Shown here: one piece after another, positions 25,405-38,857 of the stretch
How positions within the stretch are numbered: the stretch's first letter is position 1
Layout of the letters: the number at the start of each line of letters is the position of its first letter
NCBI GenBank assembly: GCA_951406725.2
Contig: OX597823.1
Coordinates: 30,814,001-30,878,000, forward strand
DNA: 64,000 nucleotides
Origin: Octopus vulgaris
Lineage: Eukaryota
Reading direction: 5' to 3'
Translations under genes and position numbers: made by a program
Notes under the pieces: model-generated
What the model saw: only the letters and a program-made list of their open reading frames with translations
The model's database searches: none
Told to the model about the DNA's origin: nothing

Positions 25405-26880
25405 TATGGTGCAAGAATTAGAAAACAACATGAAGACGACGTAAAGAAAATTACAAAAGAACCAGAGTGTTTTAGATTTACGCTCAGGAAAATAGAATAG
25501 AAAGAAAAGTTTTTAACGTTTCGAGCATACGCTCTTCTACAGAAAGAAAAGACGAAGAAAGAAGAACAAGCGTGTCTCAATTAGAGAGTCACTGCATGCT
25601 GAAATGACCGGAAGAGGAAGGATTTGCTAGTGTTGTGAGTGGCAAGGCGTACTTTTGGAAACCTGGCATATGTGTGTATGAGTAAAAGCGTGTGTCTGTA
25701 TAAAGATGATGTGTGCATGTATATCTTTCTGCTTATGCACGTGTATACGTGTGTATGTACGAGCGCGTGTCTCCATGCCTTTTGATTGTATGTGTGAAGC
25801 TACCTGACGTACATGTGTGTGTGTGTGTGTGTGTGTGAGAGTGTATACTGTGTGTTTGTGCGTGTATGTATGTGTGTATACGTGTGTATGTGTCCTTGGT
25901 TTCTGCTTGTGTGCGCATATGAAATTGTCAAACGTGTGTGTGTACATACACGTGATGTGTTTTCAGTTTGTGTGTGTGAGACTATCAGACAATATATGTG
26001 TCTATAAGACTATTTCAAAATGTATGCGCGCGCGTGTGTGAAGCTATTGTGTGCGTGTGTTCTGTCTGTTTGTGTGTGAGTGTGTTTGTGCGTGTGTGTG
26101 TGTTTGTGTGTGTGTCTGTAAATGTGTGTATACGTGTGTGTATTGTCTTCTGTTTGTGCGTATCTGTGTATGAGGCTGTTATGTGTCATCCTGGATAGAT
26201 GTGTTATGTAGGAAAGAGGTGACAAAAGTAACAGATGTGTGGAAGTGTGTTATATACTTGCTACTATAAGTGTGAAGATGGATATGGAAGTATGTGTGCT
26301 AGTGTGTGTGTGTGTGTGTGTGTGAAATAGGAAGAGGGAGTGTGTATTTGTGTGTGTGTGTGTTTGTGTATGTATATGTTGTTTGAACGTGAATAATGCC
26401 TGTGATGTTTGGTAATGAGTTAAACGGTGAAGTGTGGGTGTGTGTGAACTAGAAGTAGAGTGGACTGTGAGAATGTAAGTTGTGGTTGGAATATGTAAGT
26501 GTGTGTGTGTGTGTGTGCGTATGTGTGAAAGAGGAGTTTAAATCAAAAGGAGTGGAGAATTTAGACCGTGAGGAACTGAAGCACGGAGAGAGAAAACGAA
26601 TTCTTGTTGTAGACGGAGACGGGAGTCCGAGTGACCTTTGGGCGAAGCCAATCTGAATCAGGCAGATGTTGCAAAGAATGACCGGTGGAGCGGAAATGGC
26701 GCGAGACCGGTGTGTCATTACCGATTCTGATGTCCCGAGAGTGTTTGGGCGAAACGGTCAGTCTGTAGTCAAACAGTTTGTCCCATGTACGAGGAAAAGC
26801 CAAAACTGCAGAGGGTGCAGTAAACCAGATTGCTAGCTGTGCAGAGTCGATGGCGTGGAAGGAGCTGTTGTGTGTACTGC
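25405..26880 (-). mobile_element. Penelope-like element remnant (GIY-YIG fragment, CA-rich spacer, hammerhead-like terminus)
   Basis: 26790-26570 gives frameshifted YMGQT...RDIRIGNDTPVSRHFRSTGHSLQHL, a PLE endonuclease pattern. The terminus at 25410-25640 carries CTGTAGAAGAGCGTATGCTCGAAACGTTAAAA and is homologous to 34811-34992. Confidence 0.65.
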
Positions 26881-27087
26881 TGAAAACTGTCTCCGTTCTA
26901 GTCTTTCCCTCTTTCTCTCTTCATTTCTATCTTTTTGTTTTTTACTGTTGCTCTTCATTTTTTTCTGCTACTTTCCTTCCTTTTCTTCTTTTCTCTTTTT
27001 CCTCTTCCTTCCTTTCCTCCCGTTTGTCAAACTTTTTTTTCACTTTCTTCCTGTCATCACCCTTTGACTGCAATACTGAACATAAAT

Positions 27088-27335
27088 GTGCTAACGTTTC
27101 TTATTTCTTTATTGCCCACAAGGGGCTAAACATAGAGGGGACAAAGAAGGGACAGACAAAGGGATTAAGTCGATTACATCGATCTCAGTGAGTAACTGGT
27201 ACTTATTTAAACGACCTCGAAAGGATGAAAGGTAAAGTTGACCTCGGCGGCATTTGAACTCAGAACATAGAGACAGACGAAATACCGCTAAGCAGTTCGT
27301 CCAGCGTGTTAACGTTTCTGCCAGCTCGCCGCCTT
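27088..27335 (-). mobile_element. SINE family 1 copy (beta tail joined to GAAACGTTAGCAC)
   Basis: Complete head, core and tail match. Confidence 0.88.
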
Positions 27336-27567
27336 AGACCAGAATGAAATATTGTTAACCTCTAACACTGGATTGAGTACACTTTTTTCCGACAATAAAT
27401 ACAAAATCTATACATTCAAACGCACACATATACGCATACGCATATATATGATTGCATATACTATATATATCCACACATACGCGCGCGCGCACATATATAT
27501 ACATACGTTCGTACATATACATATATACGTAATGTCTATATACGTATATGTACATTCTTCTTTTATT

Positions 27568-27866
27568 ATTTGTTTCAGTCATTTGACTGCGGCCATGCTG
27601 GAGCACCGCCTTTAATCGAACAAATCGACCCCAGGAGTTATTCTTTGTAAGTCTCTAGTACCTAACCGCTAAGTTACGGGGACGTAAACGCACCAACATC
27701 GGTTGTCAAGAGATGGTGGGGGGACAAACACAGACACATAAACACATAAACACACGCACACATGTTTCAGTTTCCGTTTTGCAGTTCTACTCATAAGACT
27801 TTGGTCGGCCCGAGGCTATAGTAGAAGACACTTGCTCAAGGTGCCACGCAGTAGGACTAAACCACA
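27568..27866 (-). mobile_element. SINE family 2 copy
   Basis: Tail GTTTCAGTCATTTGACTGCGGCCATGCTGGAGCACCGCC and core GCTATAGTAGAAGACACTTG (plus-strand reading). Confidence 0.85.
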
Positions 27867-27875
27867 CACCTACAC

Positions 27876-27960
<85 letters not shown>

Positions 27961-28034
27961 CATACGTATATATATTTATACACACATAAAAACACATACA
28001 CACCCACAAATATAAATATGAATATTCATATATA

Positions 28035-28230
28035 CGAGGGGTGGAGCTCAAAAGTTCCTGGTTTGGAGTTTGATTATGATATTATTCAACATATTCCCTT
28101 CTCAGAGACAGACACTTATTGCAGCGGTCCTTAAGCTTTTGAAAACCCTGTAAAAGAACTCGGACGTTTGGTCCCCCAGCCAAGCCTTTCACGAAACCTT
28201 TAAAGCTAGGAACTTTTCAGCACTTCCTCG
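28035..28230 (-). mobile_element. Mariner-derived MITE
   Basis: TA|CGAGGGGTGGAGCTCAAAAGTTCCTGG ... CTAGGAACTTTTCAGCACTTCCTCG terminal inverted repeats. The minus strand retains the transposase end ...EYVE* (GAATATGTTGAATAA). Confidence 0.75.
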
Positions 28231-28498
28231 CATATATGTGTATGTGTGTATATGTGTGTGCGTGCGTGCGTGCGTGTGTGTGCGTGCGTGCGTGCGTGTG
28301 AGTGCGTGCGCTAGCGTACGTATTCGATTGTCCCTGCCACCCTTCTTCAGTATACACTTACTCACACACACAAACACACACGCACGCATCCCCCCCACCA
28401 TGTATATGTATATGTATATGTGTGTGTGTGTATGTATATGTATATATATATATATGCGTATATATATATATATATATATGTATATGTATATGTATAAT

Positions 28499-28530
<32 letters not shown>

Positions 28531-28590
28531 GTATGTATATACAAATATATATATATACATATATATATACTTATATATGTATATATATAT

Positions 28591-28630
<40 letters not shown>

Positions 28631-28819
28631 TACTAGGTGAATATATATACGTGACATACATAATAGAATCAAAACAATGATTTTGACCTGAAGATTCGTG
28701 AGGTTGGGACGCAAGCTGAAGATGATGATGATGATGAAAAGAAGATTATTCTTTACTCTTACCAAGAAAATACCGATGAGCGCCATCAATATTTTGTGTT
28801 TCACACAGGAGGTGGGGGT

Positions 28820-29235
28820 CGGTCGCGGCGGCGGCGGCGGTAGTGATGGTGGTGGTGGTGGTCGTGGTGGTGGTATTTGATAGCGCTAATAGTGGTGATG
28901 ATGACGATAGTAATGGTGGTGATGATAATGTTTATGAAGATGATGATGAGGATGATGGTGTTAGTGTTGAATTTTGGTGGTGGTGGTGGTGGTGATGGTG
29001 GTTGTGGTGGTTGTGGTTGTGGTGGTGGTGGTGTCGATGGATGATAACGATGATGTCAACGATGAAACATGATAACAATAGCGCTGTTGCTGCTGCTGCT
29101 GCTGTTCCCGCCGCCGCTGCTAGTGGTAGCGACGATGGTGGCGATGATAGACGACGAACGACAATGACGACAGCCACGGCCATAACTGTGGCGCCGAAAA
29201 CACATTTCACCCCGCCCCTTGAAAATACAAGCATT

Positions 29236-29266
<31 letters not shown>

Positions 29267-29610
29267 ATACAATAACCATGACAACAGCACCAACAACAAG
29301 AGAAGCAGCAGCGGAGGCAATATCAACGATGAAAACAATAGCAACTCCACAACCACCACCACCACCACCACCACCACTACCAACAACAACAACAGCAGCA
29401 GCAACAACAACAACAACAACAACAACAGCAGCAGCAGCAGCAGCAACAACAACAACAACAGCAACAACAACAACAACAACAACACTAACAACAACTGCAA
29501 GAACAAATGCAACAAAAAATCCAACAACAATAGCATTGCCAACAACAACAACAATAACATTACCAACAACAACAACAATAACAACAACATCAACAACAAG
29601 AACTAAAGGT
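28820..29610. repeat. Compound trinucleotide microsatellite field (GGT/GAT/ACA/GCA/CCA)
   Basis: Alternating imperfect triplet runs. The poly-T/P/A/L ORFs are by-products. Confidence 0.8.
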
Positions 29611-29988
29611 AATAAAGTAACAAGAAATAAGTCATGAGATGCTGATTAAAAATGGAGGGAAAAATAAAAGATACAAAAAAAACAAAAACTCACACAAAAA
29701 GAATCGAAGAAATGAAGAAAACAAAATGGAAGATATGGCGTGAGATGCACCGAATAACCTTGCCAATTGCTTTGAGAAACAGTAAGTATGCCATTGTGTG
29801 TATGTCTATATATAAATGTGTGTGAATGCGAATGTGTGTTTGTGTGCGTGAATCGATGTGCCAGTGTATAACATATATTTATATGTACGTATGTATATAT
29901 AAATATATAGGTATGCATATGTGTTGGTGTAGATATATATATATATATATATATATATGTGTATATATATATACTTACACACACACAA

Positions 29989-30019
<31 letters not shown>

Positions 30020-30609
30020 TGTATGTATGTATGCATATATAATTACTTATGTATGTATGTATGTATGTATGTATGTATGTATGTATGTATGTATGCATGT
30101 ATGTATATATGTATGTATGGATGTATGTATGAATATGTATGTATGCATGTATGTATATATGTATGTATATGTATGTATGCATGTATGTATGTATGTATGT
30201 ATGTATGTATGCATGTATGTATGCATGCATGTATGTATGTATGTTTGTATGTGTGTGTATGTACGTATGTGTGTATGTATGTATACGTACATGTGGATGG
30301 AATTGCGGGGAGCGAGGAGAGCAAGATGCTGTGATGAGAAGTTAGAAAGAAGAGTATAAGTAGAGGGGGGATGGGAGTAAAAAAATGCAAAATAGAAGAG
30401 TAAGAAGGAAGAGGGAAAGGTTTGGGAGGGGGGGAGCGTACATACAAATAGGAAGAGGGGACTCACAGCATGATAAGGGGAGATGAAAAGAGGGAAGGAA
30501 AATTTCTAAAATAGATGTCAGAAATTATAGGGACTTGTACATAAGACCCAAGTGAAAGTCATTCAAGATTTTATCAACGAACCGGTTATGTATTTTAAAC
30601 TTGCACTGG

Positions 30610-30738
<129 letters not shown>

Positions 30739-30841
30739 TGTGTGTGTATGTGTGTGTGTGTGTGTGTGTTTATGCATGTATGTGTGGATGGATGTTTGTA
30801 TCTGTGTATATGAGCGTGTACATATATCAATGTATATGTAC

Positions 30842-30902
<61 letters not shown>

Positions 30903-31024
30903 CCTATGTCTGTATGCATGTATACATGTATGTATGTATGTATGTATGTAAGCAAGCTTGGATGAATGTGTGGCTATATAGGTGTATGTATGTTTATGTG
31001 TATGTATATCACTTTATCTTCTTT

Positions 31025-31244
31025 TATCTTTTACTTGTTTCAATCATAGGACTGCGCCTATGCTGGAGCACCACCTTGAAGGGTTTGGTGAAGCAAATCA
31101 ACTCAGATACTCATTTTAATACCTACTACTTATTCTATCGGTCCCCTTTGCCGAACGGCTAAATTTCGGGGACGTAAAGAAACCAACGCCGGTTATCAAA
31201 CGGTCGTGCGTGACAAAAATATACACAAAAGCACATACAGATGC

Positions 31245-31299
<55 letters not shown>

Positions 31300-31400
31300 A
31301 ACTCTTTTACTCTTTTACTTGTTTCAGTCATTTGACTGCGGCCATGCTGGAACACCGGGACTTATTCTTTGTAAGCCCAGTACTTATTCTATCGCTCTCT
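31025..31400 (-). mobile_element. SINE family 2 3' fragments (two)
   Basis: Two tail copies, TTTTACTTGTTTCA...CTGCG..ATGCTGGA.CACC, at about 31030 and 31313. Confidence 0.75.
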
Positions 31401-31573
31401 TTTGCCTCTTTAGAGGTTGAAATGCACTGAGAATAGTTAAAATATTTTAAATTTTTATATTTAAAGTTTTAACTGGTTTCATAGTTTACACTGATTTTCA
31501 AAAATTTTAACTAGAAAAACGTGGCTTATGTCACAGCCGTTTTGCTTCTGATTAGTGTTTGAAGCTTGCCCAA

Positions 31574-31804
31574 TTTTTATAGGGAGTTCATGGCTCAAAT
31601 TAGTATATGTTTTGAATAGGGTTTGATTGGCAGAGGACAGTCACATGGTCTTAGAAATTTTTGTGACATTGTCACTTGATACTGAAACAGGAGAACCTAC
31701 AAAAATTTGTACGACCAGTCATATGACTATCCTCTACCAATCAAACATATACTAAAACATATTCATAACATATACTAATTTGAGCCATGAACTCCCTATA
31801 AAAA
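31574..31804. mobile_element. Foldback/MITE with long inverted arms
   Basis: TTTTTATAGGGAGTTCATGGCTCAAATTAGTATATGTT / AACATATACTAATTTGAGCCATGAACTCCCTATAAAAA is a perfect inverted pair. Pairing continues inward (GTTTGATTGG.AGAGGA.AGTCA / TGACT.TCCTCT.CCAATCAAAC). Confidence 0.85.
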
Positions 31805-31964
31805 CAAGCAGGTGTATTAGTTTGATACTAGGGAAAAATGGAAAAGTCTTTGATATTTCGAGCCGACCCTCTTTGACAGAAGGGACTGAAAGAAGAAAAA
31901 ATAGAGAGAGTGAACGGAAAAAAAAACGTGTGGGGATTAATAGTTCAACATGATGACATATATG

Positions 31965-32071
<107 letters not shown>

Positions 32072-32074
32072 AAC

Positions 32075-32313
32075 CAGCCCCTGTTATCCAAAACTTCCAG
32101 CCTTTCAGCATGTTTACTTCGTAAAAACCAGTCGCGTTTTTTCCCCTCTGTTCGCCCACCTCGGGATCTTTCTTTCTTCCTTCTCTTATGTTTCCGACGA
32201 AGAGCTCCGCTCGAAACGTCATACCCTCCTTCTTCCCTCTTTCCTGAGCGCCTAATAATAATACTTTAATTGTTCCACGTGTTGTTGTTTTTTCTGTTTT
32301 CCTGTTTGGATCA

Positions 32314-32355
<42 letters not shown>

Positions 32356-32565
32356 ATTCAAAATGTGACCGTGTGTGTACCGTTGGCGATTTTTTCCCTC
32401 CGTCTTCCATTCTCTGGATCTTTCCTTTTCCTATGTCTCTGACGAAGAGCTCCGCTCGAAATGTTAAACCCTCCTTCTTTCCTTCTTTTCCGAGCGTCCA
32501 ATAATACTATACTTGTTCCACATCCTCGCGTTGTTGTGTTTTCTCTTTGTGTTTTCATGTTTGGT
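32075..32565 (+). mobile_element. Two tandem family-E PLE-tail cassettes with minimal hammerheads, separated by (TA)n
   Basis: Cores TTTCCGACGAAGAGCTCCGCTCGAAACGTCA (32191-32221) and CTCTGACGAAGAGCTCCGCTCGAAATGTTAAAC (32437-32469), each followed by the family-E tail. Confidence 0.78.
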
Positions 32566-32885
32566 ACCTTCGAAACACACTTTGAGTCGAACCAGCGACA
32601 GCTGATGAAGGGGAATTTTCCTTGTATTGTTTGTCCTGTACTCTGTTTTTTCGTTGTTTAAAAAAAGTCCGTTAACTTGTTTGATTTTACGTTCTCGTCT
32701 CTCGTCGTGTTCTACGTTTATTTGTGGTGTTTTGTACTCATATATATATATATATATATATGCATGTATATATACATGTAGATGTAAGTATGTACATATA
32801 TGTATGTATATATGCATATATTTTATTTATTTATTATATTACTATATGACCGAACGCACGCGTTATTCTCTATTTCTCTTCTCCA

Positions 32886-32935
<50 letters not shown>

Positions 32936-32994
32936 CATACATACATACATACATACATACATACATACATACATGCATACATACTTACATACTT

Positions 32995-33025
<31 letters not shown>

Positions 33026-33847
33026 TATATATCACTTTAGAACATATACCTCATAAACAGCCTTATACAACACATTTGGTAAGAAATCGAAACACGATCA
33101 TCCCGAAGTATTAGAACATATATTACATGTTATATATATATATGTGTATTGCGTATAATTGTATATTAATATACACCACCTTGTATTATAACACATTTAG
33201 CAGTCTTATAGTTTTATTGTATAGTATGTTATATGCTATTATATGTTAGTATCCAATGCATTCTATTACATAACACCAACTGAACGATAACATCCTTAAA
33301 AAAAAACGAATCAACGTAAGGGGAGATAAATCTAGCAAAAACAGTGGGAACGATGAAGAATTTTTAGCCTCTAAACATTTTCCCCCGGTGCAATTCGCAA
33401 ATTTTCATATACAATTCTAAAGTTTTTCCTTTAGAACAAATATCCCTCGGTTTATGAATTATAGTTTTAGATGGTGCTTATCTACAGGAAGGGATGGAGT
33501 TTGTATAAAGGCGGTAGAGATCGACTAAGACCAACTACTTTGGCCTTGTCTACACACGACATGCCACCGATGACCTTAACAGTCAACGGCAAGTTTTTCC
33601 TTACATTCGCCAATATTTCATCTTGTTTTTCTTTGTCAATATATGTCGTGGGAAAGAAGGCCGCGTGTGATCCCAAACGATTACTTATTGCTGCCTACAA
33701 GGCCACACCATTGCAGGTTCAAATTGCATAACCATTTAATTCGCTCATTGGTTGGACGTGTATATTTTCAATAAAAATAATTGAGTTGTCTGTTTTCTGA
33801 TTGTTTGAATATCGTGGGAACTAAAAACACTAATTTTTTTTGCATAC

Positions 33848-33905
<58 letters not shown>

Positions 33906-34238
33906 GTTGTTGTTGTTGTTGTTATTATTTAATTACACGTATTACTTGATTTATATATATTCTATCTAAGGTATTTGCTACGTCTGAATAACCGCTTACA
34001 TCATACACTTCACGTATACATACAAGCATTCAATCATACATGAATACACACACACACACATACGCACAGACACAGACACAGACACATACATATACACAAA
34101 ATCAAAATGAAATATAACAAACAATACTCTCACCTTACACACTTTATTTAGTTGAGTGCTAAATAGTTACACAACTGAAGCGAAACAGATCAGCAAATCT
34201 ATGTAGGTGTCATCCTTTCACAACATTGCTAGGAAGTA

Positions 34239-34356
<118 letters not shown>

Positions 34357-34711
34357 ATTATTTTGTGACAGCTTAGACAAGTTTGCCGTCCTACATATTC
34401 TAATATGAAATTTCTGGTGGGAACCAAGCTCAGAAGTGTATCGTCCTTCAGAAGACGTATCCTACACGACGTGAGTTTCGTTTTGAAAATGCCCTTGGTT
34501 GAGATTTACATCTAGATCAGAGCACTTAACATTCTCCTACCAATTTTAAACATGGTTGAGTGGTTACGTAGTGCTCTTTGCAACCACGTAGTTTCGGGTT
34601 CAGTTCACCTGCCCGGCACTTTGCCTACCTGGCTTCTACTATAGGCCTTTTGAATAAATTTAGTAGACGGAGACTCGTGTATTCACACACTCATATAAAA
34701 TGTGTATATGT

Positions 34712-35256
<545 letters not shown>

Positions 35257-35260
35257 ACAC

Positions 35261-35348
<88 letters not shown>

Positions 35349-35394
35349 ACACACACACACAAACACATACACATGCGTTATGTGCATGTGCTTA

Positions 35395-35587
35395 TGTGTT
35401 GGACTTCCACCACCGCTTGAGAACAACTGTTGGTTTGTTTACATCCTCGTAACTTAGAGGTTCGGCAAAAGAGACGAATTCAATAAGTACCAGACTTAAA
35501 AATAATTACATGGGGTCGACTTGTTCGTCTAAACCCTTGAAGGTGGTGCTCCAGCATGGTCGCAATCCAGTGACTGAAACAAGCAAA
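35395..35587 (+). mobile_element. SINE family 2, 3' half
   Basis: CGTAACTTAG.GGTTCGGCAAAAGAGAC...GGTGGTGCTCCAGCATGG...GACTGAAACAAG followed by an A-run. Confidence 0.8.
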
Positions 35588-36399
35588 AAAAAAAAAAAAA
35601 AAGGGTAAAAGATCCAAACATGGTCACACTAAGTATAATCTAAGTAAATGCACGTAGCCTGATATTGGCTTCGAAGTAGGGATACCTTCTCATCTATCTC
35701 GGGTCACTTTGTATGAATGGAATGACCATCAACGAGACCAGGATTTTTGAGACGCAACACGCTCGTCATGCTCGTTCTCCTTCAGACTGCCTGTGTGATT
35801 CATATTTTTCTCGGTTGGTCTGAATCGTGTGGTACAGCCTTTGTCTAAAGGTAAGTATGATTTCTTGAGCCATGTCCCGTACATTCTTTAAGTCTTTAAG
35901 TATTCTGGCTCACTCAACGATGCAGATCTTGCAGGGTATACAATGACTGTCCAGTAGGGAGTCGATGAGAGGCCGGAGTCATCTATGAGGCTACGGTGAC
36001 ACCTAGGCCTGACAATCACAGTAACAACAACGTACCATCCAACAACAACAACGACAGCGGAGGTGGCGATAGTGGAAGAAACACCAGCCTTAACGCCAAT
36101 GACTCCAGTACCAACGCCATGACCAGAGAGGATGACCAGACCGATACCAACAGCACCGAGGAAGTAACCGGCCCCATACCCTATATTACCAGCAACGGCA
36201 CCCACACAACCGTGATGACTACCACGGCGATAACAACCACAGCGACAACAGACACTCCAGCACCGCCGGGCCAGCGCGCTATAATAATAGCATTGGACAG
36301 CAAGCCACAACAACACTGGTAACAACACTAAAATCCCCAGGTCCGGTGCCAACTAAAGATACACCAGAAATGCGAACATAGCCAACGTCCGAGTCTATT

Positions 36400-36779
36400 A
36401 ATAAATCGGATCGGCCAGCACAACCTTCAAGCGACGCTTCTACAATCACCCGTCATCCTTCAGGGTCTCAGAAAGACGTTTCGTCACGTCCCTGGCCAGT
36501 CAAATGTGGTACTTCAAAGATCAAGGGACCCCCCATCTAATATCATGTGGAAAATCTCAGGACAACCGGGCCCCTGCACTAATGGGAACGATCCCTTCAT
36601 ACTCGCTGAGTACTAGTCAAGAAATATTCAAGAAATATTCAAGAAATATTCACAAGGCTGCGGCTTTCGTGGATGCGAAACGATTGGTCACTTTATAACC
36701 AGACTTTAACTTTAGAGATTTAATACTTTACTGATCTATTCTTTAGAGTGTGGTTCTTATTCAGATATATGATATAATG

Positions 36780-36780
<1 letters not shown>
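36400..36780 (+). mobile_element. Penelope-like element endonuclease remnant
   Basis: From about 36410 reads ASTTFKRRFYNHPSSFRVSERRFVTSLASQMWYFKDQG, matching the PLE GIY-YIG pattern TFKxRxxNHxxSF...TxLSxxxWxLK. Ends at (TA)n. Confidence 0.6.
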
Positions 36781-36838
<58 letters not shown>

Positions 36839-36940
36839 CATACATATACATATATACATATTCACACACACACACACACATAGTAATATATAGTTGAAAA
36901 AAGATTAGCGATCAATACGAATTAAAATTTTATATATATC

Positions 36941-37229
36941 AAAGATGGAGGTGGAAATAGCACAGAAGTAAATCTAAGACATTTCAATTTGAGAAAGAAT
37001 TTAATAAAATGATTAAAAAATTATATAAAGAAAATAATACCAGTTTCAATGTTTTTGACCCCCCAGACAGAAGATAAACTGTTTTTATTTCAAATTTTTA
37101 TAAGTTGTTACTGATATTTGTTCATCATCGAAAACCGGTAATATATTCTTTATATAATTTCAAAGTCATTTTATTAAATTACTTCTCAATTGAAATGTCT
37201 TAGATTTACTTCTGTGCCATTTCCACCTT

Positions 37230-37236
<7 letters not shown>
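36941..37236. mobile_element. Foldback element in (TA)n with inverted arms of about 105 bp
   Basis: The left arm AAAGATGGAGGTGGAAATAGCACAGAAGTAAATCTAAGACATTTCAATT... (36941-37047) is the reverse complement of 37130-37236. Confidence 0.88.
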
Positions 37237-37280
<44 letters not shown>

Positions 37281-37284
<4 letters not shown>

Positions 37285-37440
37285 ACACACTCACTGGTAA
37301 AGTTTCCACTCATTTACTTGAGTGGAAACTTTACAGGTGAGTGTGTTAAATAATAAGGCCCTAAAAGAGAATGACTTTCCCCAGACACAACAAAATATGC
37401 TTCAACACACGAACTCATATAAAGAATCTTGCAAACCAAT
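37281..37440. repeat. Near-perfect 70-bp hairpin within a (TA)n-embedded repeat
   Basis: TTTAACACACTCACTGGTAAAGTTTCCACTCA-tttact-TGAGTGGAAACTTTACAGGTGAGTGTGTTAAA. The adjoining sequence is homologous to the cassette at 11940-12145. Confidence 0.8.
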
Positions 37441-37459
37441 ATATATATACACGAACACA

Positions 37460-37650
37460 CGAGGGGGGCATGAAAAGTTCTTGGATTTAAGGATAGTGTG
37501 AAAGGCCTGTTTCTTTTATAGGGCTTAGAAAACCTGAAAGGCAGCTGCATTGTATGAATCTGAGAGGGGAATATGTTGAATAAAATGGTAATTGAGTGAT
37601 CCTCCTGTGTTTTCTTTAACCCAAAGTCGGGAACTTTCAGCAACCCTTCG
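37460..37650 (+). mobile_element. Mariner-derived MITE (second copy)
   Basis: CGAGGGGGGCATGAAAAGTTCTTGG ... GGGAACTTTCAGCAACCCTTCG inverted ends. Internal CTGAGAGGGGAATATGTTGAATAA encodes LRGEYVE*, a mariner transposase C-terminus. Confidence 0.75.
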
Positions 37651-38412
37651 ATTGTATGTATGTATGTATGTATGTATGTATGTATGTATGTATGTATGTA
37701 TGTATGTATGTATGTATGTATGCATGTATGCATGTATGTGTGTAATTATGTATGTATGTACATATACATACATACACACATACATACAAACAAGCATACA
37801 TACATATAAATACATTTATAAATATGTACATAAACGTGTCTTTGCGTGCATGCTTTATTATGCATTATACTGAAAACCACAATGCGACAACGCCTTTCTA
37901 ATTACACGGCACCGATATTTCATACACAATTCACCCATATGAGTATTTATTTACGGGTTAACAGAACTTCTAATCTCGATAACTATCTCATCTGATTTCT
38001 GTACAATTCACGATCCACTTAACACTATTAATATCAAATGTAGCAGGATATCACACCTAGACTCGGTGCAGAGAGAATAAAACATGTTCTCACGGCCAGA
38101 CTATTTACAGAGGCTATCCAGTGAGGGAAAAAATAGAGATCCAATGGTGTGTATTTTGTAATTAACGATCTATAACATAGCTAAGAAGCTAAAATTATTG
38201 GGAATGTTATAAGACAAGTCGGCCGATTTGATCAACCCCAAATCAACTGCGGAGAAATTTAAACATAAATCTGCCTAACAAAATTGAGCAAACCTGGACG
38301 ATCACACGGGTTCTGTAAATCTATCCATTTCATATTTGTTAAATAATGTGGGAGATAAAAGTATTTCTTAACTGTTCAACTCGGCTCAAAGTATTTAAAA
38401 TTTTATAGACAT

Positions 38413-38857
38413 AGGTGCAGGTGTGACTGTGTGGTAAGAAGCTTGCTTCCCAACCACATGGTTCCGGGCTGAGTCCCACTGCGGGGTACCTGGGACAAGT
38501 GTCTTCTACTATAAATTCGGGCCGACCAAAGCCTTGTGAGTGGATTTGGTAGACGGGAACTGAAAGAAGCCCATCGAATATGTATATATGTGTGTATGTG
38601 TGTGTGTGTGTGTTTGTATGTGTGTGTGTGTGTGTGTGTATGTGTGTGCATGTGCGTGCGTGTGTGTGTTTGTACCCCCGCCATCGCTTGACAACCGACG
38701 TTGGTGTGCTTACGTCTCAGTAACTTAGCAGTTCGGTAAAAGCGATGGATAGAATAAGTACTGGACTTACAAAGAATAAGTCCTGGGATCGATTTCTTCG
38801 AATGAAAGGCGGTGCTCCAGCATGGCTGCAGTCAAATGACTGAAACAAGTAAAAGAA
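38413..38857 (+). mobile_element. SINE family 2, full-length copy
   Basis: tRNA-like head, core, internal (TG)n, second module and tail GGCGGTGCTCCAGCATGGCTGCAGTCAAATGACTGAAACAAGTAAAAG. Confidence 0.9.

Noticed and set aside
29002-29637. 211-aa Thr/Pro/Ala-rich mucin-like ORF
   Set aside because: Entirely compound triplet repeats, open on both strands, with no signal peptide or splice evidence.
32563-32625. CTGATGAAG motif with an upstream GAAAC as a permuted hammerhead
   Set aside because: Stems I and III cannot be formed convincingly around a NUH site, and no downstream GAAA follows stem II.
35888-36352. 154-aa minus-strand ORF with a signal-peptide-like start, and the Asn/Thr-rich plus-strand ORF
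   Set aside because: Low-complexity sequence adjoining a PLE endonuclease remnant. The hydrophobic start is the antisense of ACA/AAC repeats.
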